Shown piece after piece: positions 12,641-25,514 of a stretch of 64,000 bases of DNA (position 1 is the stretch's first letter; every line of letters starts with the position of its first letter). The stretch lies in assembly GCF_016432865.1 (NCBI RefSeq), contig NC_067401.1, positions 250,170,001 through 250,234,000 of the forward strand, given 5' to 3'. Under the pieces are notes generated by a model. That model did not search any database and had not been told where the DNA came from. It worked only from the letters and a program-made list of their open reading frames with translations. The stretch is from Antechinus flavipes (taxonomy: Eukaryota). The translations under genes were made by a program, and so were the position numbers.

Positions 12641-12942
12641 TTTTATATTGTATTGTATGAATGCAAACTATTATTACTAGTCTTGTATTAAAAATCTTCT
12701 ATAGTATAACCAAAGTGGCCCACTCTACCTTTATCCATTTTTTAGCTTTGTGTTATGTCTACTATCAAGGAACATATCATATATTCATTTTTGTTTCCCC
12801 CATGTAGCAGGTGGTCAGTAAATAAAATACACAAACTTTTTATTGGGATAGTGATACATCTCTTAGGCTAAGAGTTCTTGACTAGATTCTAATTAAATGA
12901 TTTTTATTTGGTATTTAATACATTTGATAACTGAATCTAAAT

Positions 12943-13134
12943 CAGTTATCTAAAACTTTTGTTCTCAGTATCTTTATATTATTAAAATTTATTGAGGATC
13001 TGTCAAAAGAGTTTTATTTATATATGTTACATTTATAGATACTTACCGTATTAGAAATAAAACTTATTTTGAATTTGTACACTGAAAGGGTTTCAGAGAC
13101 TCCCTAGAGTTTGACTATCCTTTGAGGGCCATTG
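12943..13134. mobile_element. Old hAT-Charlie-type non-autonomous DNA transposon
   Basis: Starts cagttatctaaaacttttgttctcag..aaaatttattgagga..cttaccgtattagaaataaaac and ends ctttgagggccattg. The flanking 8-mers ATCTAAAT and ATATAGAT match at 6/8. Confidence 0.6.
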
Positions 13135-13337
13135 ATATAGATGAATAAGGTGTCAGAGTACCACTAATATAGTAGGATGGTTTCTATACATTTTATTAAG
13201 GCAGAATTTTGGCATAAGGTTTGAATTTTCTGCTTCTTTGATTATATATAATTATCCTATATTCCTCTAGCACATGCTTTATCTTTGCTTAATATTCCTT
13301 CTCTTTGTTGTAAAGCATTCACTTCTCTCCTTGCAAG

Positions 13338-13520
13338 TAATGGAAAGATCACCGGGTTTGGCATCAGTGGGCCTGGGCTTAAATTCGTATTTTTCCATTT
13401 ACTTGTGCGAGCTTAGGCAATGCATTGTAACTCTCTGGTCTCAATTTCTTAATCTTTTAATTGAGGGAGTTGAACTAGATGATCTCTGCGGCCCTTTTCA
13501 GTTCTAAATCTATGATCCTT
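13338..13520 (+). mobile_element. MIR3/Ther-2-like CORE-SINE
   Basis: Degenerate head and CORE followed by the L3-like tail gttgaactagatgatctctgcggcccttttcagttctaaatctatgatcct. Confidence 0.7.
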
Positions 13521-16500
13521 TGATAGATTCTAAATTTATCAGATTAAATACTGATTTAACAGGCACAAATCATTCCTTAAAAAAAAGAAGGGGATAACGT
13601 TGATATAACTCTATAGGAGTTCATTCATCAAATTAGATTCTTTAGGGGATAAAAGGCAGCACGTGCAAGTCAAATTACCACCATCACCTTGACTTCCATG
13701 CCCCTCTAGCGACAGCTCAGGACAGAAGAACCTTGGAAATAGTCATCCTTGCAGTCCAGTGTCTGAAGCCATCATCTTTAGAAAAAACCCCTATTGAGAT
13801 GTACCATATGTTCCTACTAGTAATACTGAAGAATAAGAAAAGAAAATCCTTGCCCATAAAGTCCTTGAATTTACCAAATGGTTCAACATCAGGAACCAAT
13901 ATGATATAATAATGGAAATGACACTAATGAAAGCTGTATTACCATCCTGTTTGCTGCTACATGCTATAGACATAGGACCTTTCTGACTAGCAGCTGAAAC
14001 CTTACATATTTGTTGTCTCTCCCATTAGAATATGATTTCCTTCCCAGTAGGAACTGATTTACTTTTCTGTTTGTATTCTCAGCACTTAGCATAGTGCTTT
14101 AATAAATTGAGCCATAAATCAAATGGGAAACTCATTAGGGAGAAACTCAATGGTGTCAATACATTTTAACTTATCTTTTCCTAGATAGAGTACATCAAAA
14201 GATGTAGAAAACTTATTGCTGAACTACTAATGCTGATTTTTGAGACACTGTTTTTCAGAAGAGTTGCTTCTATCTCTTTACCCAAAGCTTAATTAAAAAA
14301 GCAAAAGAACTTTTTTTTTATGAGCAAGTAAAAATAACTAGAGTATATCTGAAGAAAAAAGATTTTGAATTTCTAAGTGGAATGTCTTTTTGAAGAGAGG
14401 TATAATTCATGAAAAAGGACAAAAATATCATGTTGTAGGAAAATGTGGTAGCTTTTTTGTAGAACCTATTTCTTAGAAAACCCTATATCATGAATAGTTA
14501 TATAGTGATCTTTACAAACAGTATTTGAATTGTAGTAGTTAACTTTTTCTTTGGCAGGAGACTAGGGTGAAGGCACCAAGTTAAAGCCAACTGAAAACAA
14601 TAGTATATTCTTTCATGTTCTATTTTTTTCAGATTTCCATAAAAATATGATCTTATTGGATCTGGAATGTATTATCATAGAACTTTCAAAGGTAGATTCA
14701 CTTACCTATTGGTAAAGACTTTTTTTCCCTCTAATTCTCTTATCTTTTTGCATGTTCTGTGAAAAATCACTTCAGAATTGTTTTTCTGAAGACAGCAAAG
14801 CTTCTTTCAGTATAGACACTCTGTCCTCTATCCCCAAAGGAAGCAGGGGTTAAGGTTAAAGTTATATTTTTGCTTTCTCTTTTTTTGTTTTCCAATTTTG
14901 CCTTTTAATTCCGCCTATGAATAAAAGAGTAGTATTGGATATGACATGTTTAAATTATTCCATGAGATTTCATCCATCATATACATACATACATACATAT
15001 ATATATCTTACATAAGATTTTAACTTTTATTATAATTATTCAGAATCAATAGTCAAATTTTATCATGAATGAAATCAAGCTATTATTTTTTTCTTTTCTG
15101 CTACTATTTGCTTGAAAACCAGTGTTTTCATTATTTCCTTATTTCTGTTTTTGTTGTTTTCCTTTTTTTCACTCTACCTTTTTCTTTTATTCCTTGTCTG
15201 ACCTTTATTTTTATCATGGTCTTTTGACTAAAAAACAAATAACAGAAAACAAAAAACAAAACAATCCCAAATTTTTTGTTTATATAATTTGTGGGATATC
15301 TGTGTCTTTTCAAGATATTTGTATTTATTTAATTCTCCCCTCTCTATTTTATTCTGCTTCTCAGCCACATTAGCTGTTAATTTTTGAAATGTTCACTTCT
15401 GTTTTTTTTTTCTTTTAACATTGTCTCCCACCGCAAGATATTCAGCAAGCAGAGATAGATGGCTGAGTTTAACTGAATTTATTTTTTCTTTGACCTTGCT
15501 TATCATTTACAGGAGGTTCTCAATTCTTTAAGAGCAAAAGACTTAATTGAAACAATTACTGACTTTAGATCCCCAACTCAGGAGATGTTAAGGAGCTAAA
15601 AGGCATTTGGGAGCAAAAGTAGAAGTTGGATGCTGGCTTCGTTCCCAAGTTCCTTTCCTGATTAACAAGTAGAAAACCTCTCCTTTAATCCTGTTTACAA
15701 AATTTATCTTATTTAGGAGCTTCATCCAAAATCTAGAATTAGTGGAATGCTGAAATCTGAATATTTTTCTGCCAATCCTTGGTCATGATCTTTCCATTTC
15801 ATACTTCTGCAGAGGGTCATTTTCTATTAACTCTAAGTTACATCATTAACATTTGCAAGGCTCTCATGGAAAAGGAGAACTTTTATTGAGAACATGGCAA
15901 CTAATCCTTAATAAATTGAGTATAAATCCCATAGACCTCCCAACTTAAGCACATGAAGTTAAATTGCCTGTCTGCCAGGATTATTTGAAGGAGTCAGTTT
16001 GATCAAGTTGCTGCCTTTCATTAATTTATTTCTCCCCCAGAATTGTAATTTATTTATCAAGATCTATAGCTTCATTTGTGAAGAAAACTAATTTATACAA
16101 AAGAGGTTCATGCAAATGGAGTAAACAAAGGCAATCTGGAGTCAGGAAGAACTGACTTCAAATGGAGTAGACATTCACTATTCTGTTTTTTAATTATAAA
16201 CATGTAAAATACCCTCATATTGACAGACATGTATAGCAATTTTTACTCCTGTAATGAGGAGAAATCTACTTTAAAAGTGGATTCTATTTATATTTTTCTG
16301 ATTATTAAAAGACAAGATTTATAATCAAGCTTTGTTTGACTTAGAATTTTCATTGATAAAGCATCATTTTCAAGGGCACTTATGAAATTAATCTCAGGAG
16401 CTATGAATTAATGAAATTGAAATTATTTTTATTCAGATAGTGTTATTAGATGATAAACATTAGATTTTTTATTTAAAACATTTTAAGTATGCCTTTGAAA

Positions 16501-19449
16501 TGTTTTATATTCTAATTATGCAGACATTATTTAAACATAAGAATACATGATAGAATAGAACTTAAACATAAATTACAGATAGTGATTTAATAATAATGCT
16601 TTAATGATGGTTGCCCAGAAGCCAAAATTTTTTGAGTTTCTCATGGTGAAAATAATACTAAGGATAATAGTCTTTCTTTCAGTGAAATGATGTACATTAT
16701 CTTAAATGTAGTCTTTATATGAAATATGATATTTAATATTTAATATTAAATAAAATAAAATTAAATAATTATAAATTTAAAATTAAACAGTAAAAAGTTA
16801 CTAAAATATTCTACTCACCCAAGACAAAACCAGTGCCTGGCATTGTCTTTTTAAAGAACTTTTTAAAGGATCTTTTTAGAACTATAGTAACATTTGATTC
16901 CCTATATGTTTGAATAACAATGATGAATTGTAAATTTTATAAGATATTAATTATCTAATTGAAATCAGAAAATTTCCTGTTAGATACAACACAAACCCCC
17001 TAATAAACCCCTAATAAATGTTGGATATACTGGCATTGTTGTCAAGAGCGAACATTTGAAAGCTGGCAATAGATTTGCATTTCAAATAAGGATAGCACTA
17101 TACTGTTCTTTGATAGTAGAAAGCTATTAAAGGAAAGAAAGCTGATTCAATTTTAATTTCCCCACTTGTCAGAGTGCTGCTTTTTATCCCATCCAGTAAA
17201 TTAACTAACCAACTCATAAGCATCATCTGACAAATCCTGGAATTTTGATCATTAAAAATGTAAGATTTGCTTTTATTTTTATTTTCAAGGTATTATTTAT
17301 TACACTATAACTAGATATGGTTTCATAAATTATGTTGTTTTATGGTACTTAGAAAAACAAAGAAAACAAAGTAGTGTTAGAACATATGGAATTCTACAGC
17401 ATTTAATTACTATTGGTAATGACAGTACTAATGATGTTTGACCAACGAATGAGTTTGTTAGCTAGAATAGAATCACCTGCTCAAAAGAGGCCACTAAGTT
17501 AAAAGATAGGCTTTTAAAAAACAAACTTGGAAGAAAGAGGAATCCATGTGATACAGGTAAAGGGATTGAGGAAATAAGCATTTTATTAAATCCCTCAAAA
17601 ATGATCTCATTTGATCTTTACAATATTCTTCATAATATCTGATCATAAGAGACAGCACAACTCCAGTGAAAGAACACTCATTTTGACAGCAAAGGGCATG
17701 GATTTAAATTCTAGTTCTACTGCATCTTCATCACTATCATCATTATCGTCATCAGTCATCATTATTATTATATTTATGTAGTATTTTAAAGTTTGAAAGT
17801 GCTTCATAATACCATCTTATTTTATTATTACAACAACCTAAGAAAATGGATTTTATTATAATCCGCACTTTACAGAAGTAGACAGCATTTGAATGATTTT
17901 CTAGGGAGCTATATCTACGGTGCTATCTTTCTATTTCATATTAATAGTTGCCACTGTAAGCAAATCACTGGACATTTCTGGACCTCTTAAGTTTCTCATC
18001 TGTAAAATATGAGGATTAGATAAAATAGACACATGGATCCTTTGAGCTCTAAATTTTTGGTTATTTTTATAGTACAGTCACAGATGAATCCTAGTACTAC
18101 CCATAAGTTATTGTGTAATATAGTTTAAATAAATAGTACTTTATGAATGTCCACTTGCTTTAGGGCAGTGTGATTTTTGTAAAGAATATAGCAGAAAAGT
18201 AAAACACTTTTTTTACACCATTTCAAATTCACTTATGTAGGATAGGGCAAATTAATAGATTAGCCAAACACACTATAAAGGAGAGAAGCTCTTTATAGTT
18301 GGAATAAAACTCAGGAACTGAATAATCACAGAATTTTAGAATTGGAAGGGACAATAGAGGTTAGAGGATAACTTTCCACCCAAAGTAAGAATTTCTTCTT
18401 CAGTATCCCTACCAGTCATTTATTTTCTGAACAATCTTCCTTTCAGGTGTTCTATCTCACTTTCCATTTGGGAAGAGATATAATTGTTGTATTGAGTAGA
18501 ATACAATGCAATCCCTACCCAGAGTTTTGTTTTAAAAAATTGAATGCCTCTTGCATATGATAATATTGTACATATTTTTGAAGACAAATATGTTATGTAT
18601 TTATTTCATCTCCTTCTCCCAAGGCTAAACTTTTCTAGTTTCTTTTAGCCTTCATTTTTCTGCCTTGTCCACATGGAAACTATGAAAGATTTTCCCAAAT
18701 ACTTTGCTGAATTCAGGTTATTTTATGCTTATTTTTTTTTACATTTATTAGTATAGTAACTATAACAAAAAGCAAATTAATTTCATTTGGCTGGACATGG
18801 AAGTAGAAGAGAGCATGAAGAGATTAAGGAATGAGTTGTAGTCTTATTCTGTGGAAGTATGTAGTATATCAAGTAGTATATGCGCCATATATGTAGTATA
18901 TGCGCCATATAAGTGATTTGGAGCCAAGGACAGAATTTCCAATGTATTTATTAATTATTGAGGAATCACTGAAGGTTTTTGAATATAAGGTAATGTGGTC
19001 ACAGCAGCACTATGATTATTTTAGTAATTTAGTAAATAATTTAGAACTTCAGAGAGAAGTTCAGACTATAAATAGGAATACCATTTCAAAGTAGGAATAC
19101 TATTTAGGAGGATTATGCCTTGTGGGTATGGACTAGTCTATGTTATATTCTTTTAAAAAGAGTGTTCATTGGAGAAGTTTCTGTCTTTCACATGTTTCCT
19201 GAGATGCTGCTGCCTATTCTCTCTTATCAGGATCATTTGTAATTATTTCAATATGCCTTCATTAAGGTGTATTTCTTTGATGAACTAATTCACAGTCCTA
19301 CTCATGCCTACTCATCCATTTCCTGATACCTCTTCCCATTTGTGTTTACATTGCTAAACCTGTTTTTTATAATTCTGTTTTTTTTTTTTTTTACTAAAAT
19401 ATAGGAGTTCGTTGTTGTTTGGTTTTGAGGTTCTTCTTCTCTCACCTAG

Positions 19450-19705
19450 AGATAGATTAGAAAGTACAGTAGCCCCTCATTGCCCAACTCCAGCACTGAC
19501 TGATATGGAAACTTCAACCAAGGTCATTTCACCTTTTCTTAGGTAATCTGATTGGTCTGTTTTGCTAGAGACTCCTCATGTAAGTGTCTGACTTGCTATG
19601 GACACATGTTTTGTTCTTCTGCAATTCAGAACTCAAGCAATCCCCTAGCTTCAGCCTCCCTTAGTTTCTAGGATTTCAAGGATGAGCTGCCAGGTCCAGA
19701 TACTG
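19450..19705 (-). pseudogene. Degenerate 7SL RNA-derived retrocopy
   Basis: Aligns to the reverse complement of 7SL: ttcaccttttcttaggtaatctg (7SL-rc TTCACCCCTCCTTAGGCAACCTG) and ctcaagcaatcccctagcttcagcctccc (CTCAAGCGATCCTCCAGCCTCAGCCTCCC). Confidence 0.65.
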
Positions 19706-19849
19706 TTTTTTAAAGAATGTGTCATCTTTCTTCACCAGCTTTCTATTTAAGGCCTCTGCCCATAACCCTATGCTTGTTTCTTTTCTAAGTGTTTTTGAAA
19801 TTTGCCTTCCTAAGATATAATTTGAGCGGTGATATAATTATTTGATATA

Positions 19850-20095
19850 ATTTGGGTGGTGAAGTGGCTAAGTGCAGGGCTTGGAGTTAGGAAGACTTAG
19901 CCTCAGAGACTTATTAACTGTGTGATCCTGGACAAATCTTAAGCCTCTTTGCCTCAGTTTCCTTATCTGTAAAGTGAGCTAGAGAAAAAAATTAAATAAA
20001 TTAATTAATAAACTACTACAATATCTCTACCAGTAAAATCCCAAATGGGGTCACAAAGAGTTAGATGTGATTGAAACGACTGAACAACAGCAAAA
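19850..20095 (+). mobile_element. Marsupial CORE-SINE (Mar1-like)
   Basis: ggagttaggaagacttagcctcagagac..tgtgtgatcctggacaaatc..gcctcagtttccttatctgtaaa..cccaaatggggtcacaaagagttagatgtgattgaaacgactgaacaaca. Confidence 0.75.
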
Positions 20096-21336
20096 AAGTT
20101 CTAATGTACTTCTCTGGCAGTGCCCAACATTCTTTTCTTTGGATACTTAAAAGTTTTGTGATGACACTGTAGTTTTACTTCCACTCTATTTATCATTGTT
20201 TTGTTGGTCAGATTCATTCTAGAGTAGCAGCTGCCCCAGTGGTTTCTTTCATAATTGCTTCTATAGCTCAAAAATCTTTTGTTTTGTCCACAGATTTGTA
20301 GAGGGCCTTCATCATTTGTTGCAGCTAAGAAGTTCATCAGTCTTTGAACAATCCTAGAGTTTAGCGAGGTCCTTGCACTCAAGACACATTGGCTGCCATA
20401 TTCAAAGTCTCTTCAACTTGGTGGGATCTATCTGAGTTTTCATTCCATAAGTATAACCTTTGGGAACCCAGAGTCACTTTAACTTCATGGTGAATAATCA
20501 AATTGGACTTTCATGGAATGATTCATTCATAACATTTAGGCTTATTTGACAAGGAAGAGACTTAGAGGATAGGTCTGTTGATTTGTTTGAATCTTAATGC
20601 ATACAGACAGGAAACTTGAATAAAAGGGAATTAATGTTTTTGACAGGGAAATTGGAAGAAAACAAAACCTACATGATATAGTACTTATAAAGTATGGAAT
20701 GTGAGATGATTATTCTTTAAGTACCATATAATTCAAGTTCCAACTTAAGGAAGATTAGTTAGAAGAACTGATCCATAGATATTGAATAAAAGCAGAAGTC
20801 CAGGGATCTGTACTTCTTCCAGACCATGCCCTGGAAAAACTTCTATGATGGTCCCCAAATGTCTAGTTTGAAGGCTGCTTATTTTAGACCATTATTTCCA
20901 GAAAGCCCTATCCATGAATCACTTCATTTTATCTTCTCTAACCACTTCCACAATTCTACCAATCACTTTCCCTTTCTTCTGTGTTTTCTCCCCCTTCCTC
21001 AGTTTTTGAACCATAATCCCTGATCAAATCAACTCTGCTTTTGTTCCTTGATGGGTTCAATAGAGTTCTACCTGGGCCTATTTACTATCCCTATAACTTT
21101 CTGGAACAGGATGCGTTTCCCTGTTCTACCAATTCCCTATCCCCTATTTGAATGTAGGCTCCTTTAGAGTAGGTACTGTATTTGTTTTTGTATTCCCAGT
21201 GCTTAATAATGCTTGGCCTGTGACTAAGACATTAATAACTTTTCTTTCCTTCCTTCCATCTTTCCTCATTCCCTCCCGCCTTCCTTACCCCCTTCCTTTC
21301 TCATCCTCTTTCCTTCATACCCTCCCTTTCTCTTAC

Positions 21337-21528
21337 NNNNNNNNNNNNNNNNNNNNNNNNNNNNNNNNNNNNNNNNNNNNNNNNNNNNNNNNNNNNNNNN
21401 NNNNNNNNNNNNNNNNNNNNNNNNNNNNNNNNNNNNNNNNNNNNNNNNNNNNNNNNNNNNNNNNNNNNNNNNNNNNNNNNNNNNNNNNNNNNNNNNNNNN
21501 NNNNNNNNNNNNNNNNNNNNNNNNNNNN
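21337..21528. other. Assembly gap (N run) within a CT-rich low-complexity tract
   Basis: 192 N, flanked on both sides by pyrimidine-rich simple sequence. Confidence 0.99.
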
Positions 21529-22739
21529 GCCTCCCTCTTTTCTTCATTCCTATTCATTTAATAGATAGGAGATTAGAAAAAGATGTCTATTTACTTTTTG
21601 ACATAAATAGCATGAGAATGGAAGGGAAAGAAAATAAATGCTTGCTGATTGAAAAATAAAATTTAAAGAAAAGTGGGAATATATCCCCCCCCCCCAACAC
21701 AGCCACAGAAAAGGAATATTTTCTTAGGGTTAATGGGATCTGGATCTAATAGGACAAGACTATATTCAGAGATGAGACTAAGAATTTGCCTCTAAGTGGA
21801 GAGGAGTTCAGAAAGGCTATCCAATAGGGTCATCTGGGCTAACCCTTAGTGATAGCAGTGTGTCTACATTACAGATTAAAATATATGTGAGTAATGCAGA
21901 TAGGAAGTCCCAACATCTGTTTCACATTAATAAATAATAAATTGAGAAGTCAGACTGAGTTCAATAGTATAGTTTATATTCTCAGACAGTATGAAAGCTC
22001 TTCTCATTATAAATAAGATCTCTTACTCTAATCTCCTGGGGGGGACAATGACCAATTGTAATATAGTCAATAAAGTCTCCAAATTAATTACAAGCATCTT
22101 AGGGGCAAGAACAGTGCCTTCCTTCTATTCCTCACAAAGTAAAATCACCTATACATATATAATAATTATATATGATTTACTAATTGATGTACCTGAACTC
22201 ATGGTACCAAAAATACTTAAATAAAATCCACAGTTATGATTTCTAATACATTTACTTAATCATAATAGTGCCTTTTTATGGTTTTATAGAAAGTCTCTGT
22301 TTTCAGGGACATATTAAAAGAACTGATTGATAGACTGTGTTACTGAATTAAAAGTAGTGAACTTGGAATCAAAGGACTTGGTTATGTTTGGATCCATCCT
22401 CTCTGGACTTCATTTTCCTTATTTGTGAAATACAGAAGTTAGGATCAAAAAAGTATGAAGTGCCCTCCAGCTTGTTATTTTATGATTCTATATTGTCACT
22501 TTTGTATAGTTCAACTTTTGAACAGGTAATGTGGAAAGATGAGGTACTTCATTAGGAGGAGAGGGCCTTTTGACTCCTTCTGTACCCGCTATGTCAAGTA
22601 ACCTTTCCTACTTAATTATTCTTAATTCTCTTATACTAAAATGATTTTCTTTCTCTCTCCTTATTTTTCCTTTTTCTTCTTTTTTCCTTCTTATTTCAAT
22701 AGTGAAATCCATTATAATTAAATACCAAAACCCCCAAAA

Positions 22740-22900
22740 CTCCAAGACTTTTGAATGAAGTTTTTGTCTATGTGATTATCACCTCATAAGAAATACTATT
22801 AAAGAAAACTGGAGAATTTATATTAATGTAAAAAATGAAGACAGCATGACCCTTGCATGAATTCTTTGGGGGGATTTCTATGCAATCAAAGGGTAAGATA
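22740..22900 (+). mobile_element. Possible highly degenerate RTE-type LINE endonuclease fragment
   Basis: ggagaattttatatt...attctttggggggatttctatgcaatcaaaggg reads EFY...ILWGDFYAIKG, resembling the APE motif ILGDFNAKVG. Confidence 0.35.
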
Positions 22901-24574
22901 ACTCCTCAAGAAGGGGGAGGGGAAAAGATAACATGTAAATCTATAGAAATATTTTATCATAGGGAAAATTAGAAGAAATTAAACAAATTCTGTTAGATAT
23001 TTAGAAAAATTATGACAAAATCAAGAAAACAAGAATCTGTTTTAATGTTATAAATTTTTGGTGCTCTTTTATAGAACAAAAACCATATGTTTGACTAATC
23101 AAAGAAAATACCAAAAATACACATTTTGCCATTCTAACAAAAAGTCAATGGGCAGCAGCTTCCCTTTTTTGCTTTATTCCATGGTTAAATTTCAGGTTTT
23201 ACTTGTAACTTTATTTGAACTTAAAATATGCAATATCAAGTTTTCCTAGTATGTTAAGAATAATTATCCTTTACTTTTGTCAGCTTTATTTTGGATCAGT
23301 ATTGTAGCTCTGAATTATTAGATTATGTTCAGCTTTCTTAGAACACTTCAAGGAAACTGGCTATCTTTATTTTATACTTAAACTCTAATGATGGAAGTTA
23401 CTGGATCTTCTGAAATATCAGAGTGAGAAAATTGGACATGGCTTCAATCTAGCAACTCAAGAAAAATTGGATGCAGTCGGACGCCATCTGCAAATGCCTT
23501 TGAGACTCAATCACATGGATTTTCTCTGCTATTTTCCCCTTTTCCTCTCAACTGAGTCTCCCTCCTCCCCATTTCTTTTCTAACATTACTTTTTACTGTT
23601 CTTTTCTCCTAGACCTTGTCTGTTTTCCCATATACCTTTTGAATATAAAAATTCTTCAGAATATTTGTGCTAAGGACTCATCTAGGACATAAGCATTATC
23701 CTGCCTTGAAAATTCCCTTTTCTTTTTACTTTATAGAACTGCATTTGTTGGATTTTCAGGCCACCTTGTAAAGCCTGATTGAAATTGGACATTAGCTTTG
23801 TTTTAAAGATGAATAAATGATACTCCTTTCAAAGATAGCTCTTATTATCTGAAAAGTTTATTGTATTAATTCTCTCCCCAGCCCCCAACCTTCCTTTTAT
23901 GGAAAGTACAATTTTTGTATCCTAAATTCTTTATGTACCATTAGCAGATAGAGCAAGAAGTCATTTTTCTTCAAGTTTTCTAAATGTTTCTTATTGAGAC
24001 CAGTTACTTACTGTAGTAATTTTAATGGGGAAGGAATCAGTTAGTAACTCTGATCTTTTGTGTATGAATGGTAGTGTTCAGACTTTTTACTGTGTAGGTA
24101 AACTTCTCATGTCTATTATCTGCATTTAGTTTATCTTTAAAAAAGTTTTGGGAAAATGAATAATGTATTGCTCAGGTAAGATCTAGCAGATGGAGAAAAT
24201 TACAACTGTGATCCAAAGTTGAGATTTATCAGTTTGATTTCAGAAATTCTCTATATGAAAGAATAGGGAGGTAATCTGGAACATTGGCAGAAGTAGAGAT
24301 TGATTATACTAAGTGGATAATACTGTATAATTCATTCAGTGACTATAGTTAGGATATAGGATGAGGAAGATGTAATTTTGTTCACATGAAAGTGTAATAT
24401 ATGTATATTATAAGTACAATATTAATATGGGATGTGTGTTTAATATTTGATATTTTTACATAATGATTACTCATGAGCGTTTTTTTTTTTTTTGATAGAG
24501 TGGAAATTATAATTTTGATGTTAAGAGAACTTGGAGCTTTATGGTTTGTATATGTATTAGTTTTATGCTTTTCA

Positions 24575-24815
24575 TTGTTGTATACTGGTTTCAGTCATGT
24601 CCTATCTTTCCTACTCTGACCTTTTTGGGAGTTTTCTTGGCAAAGATATTAGAGTAGTTTGCCATTTCCTTCTCTGGCTTATTTTACCATTGAGGAGCTA
24701 AAGCAAACAAGATTAAGTGACTTTCCTAGGGTCACACAGCTAGTGTCTGAGGCCAGGAAAATGAGTTTTCTTCATTCAGTCCCAGCACTCTATTTCATGT
24801 GCCACAAAGCTGCCT
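24575..24815 (-). mobile_element. Marsupial CORE-SINE (Mar1-like)
   Basis: tttcagtcatgtcc..gagttttcttggcaaagatattagagtagtttgccatttccttctc..ttaagtgactttcctagggtcacacagctagtgtctgaggcc. Confidence 0.8.
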
Positions 24816-25476
24816 TTGCTACATGTTATTATTATTATTTTTTGGTAATAGACATAATTGATCTTAAGTCAGCTGGTATTTATGATTTGCTATACCTAAA
24901 TAATATTAAGTTGCTTTTAATTTAGTAGGGCTGATAGCATCTTTGATAATGGTTAAATGGTAAATATTACATTTATAGAAAGAATCATTTCATGGTTTCA
25001 TTTACTGCTATTATTAATATCCAAAATTTTGGATATTATATATCCTCAGACTCCTAATGTAGCCTTGTGCAGCATAGTCTAAAATAAAAATTTCAATTCA
25101 ATTTTATTTTATTTTGATTATTAAATGTTTGGTATTTAAGTCATCCAAATAGTTACAGGTTTTTTTTTTAAATTTTTAAATATATTTTAATTTATTTTGT
25201 TAAATATTTCCCAATTACATGTAAAAGTTAATAATTTTTAATATTTTGAATTTCAAATCTCTCCTTCCCATTCATGTCTTCTTGAGAAAGCAAATAATTT
25301 GATATTGATTATACTTTCCTACAGTGTTCTAATAGTAAACACAAACTATAAGATATATAATTGCACTGTTTAAGAATTGTGACAAAAAACAATGAAAATC
25401 AAGTTTCAAGGTGATAACTAATTTTCCTTTTTAAAGGATGAAAGAAATAATCCATCTTTGCTCTCTTTTTGGAGTA

Positions 25477-25514
25477 CACACACACACACACACACATACA
25501 CACACACACACACA
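25477..25514. repeat. (CA)n microsatellite
   Basis: About 19 CA units with one TA interruption. Confidence 0.95.

Noticed and set aside
21148-21561. Long ORFs spanning 21148-21561, 51362-51740 and 62996-63271
   Set aside because: They are open only because N runs contain no stop codons.
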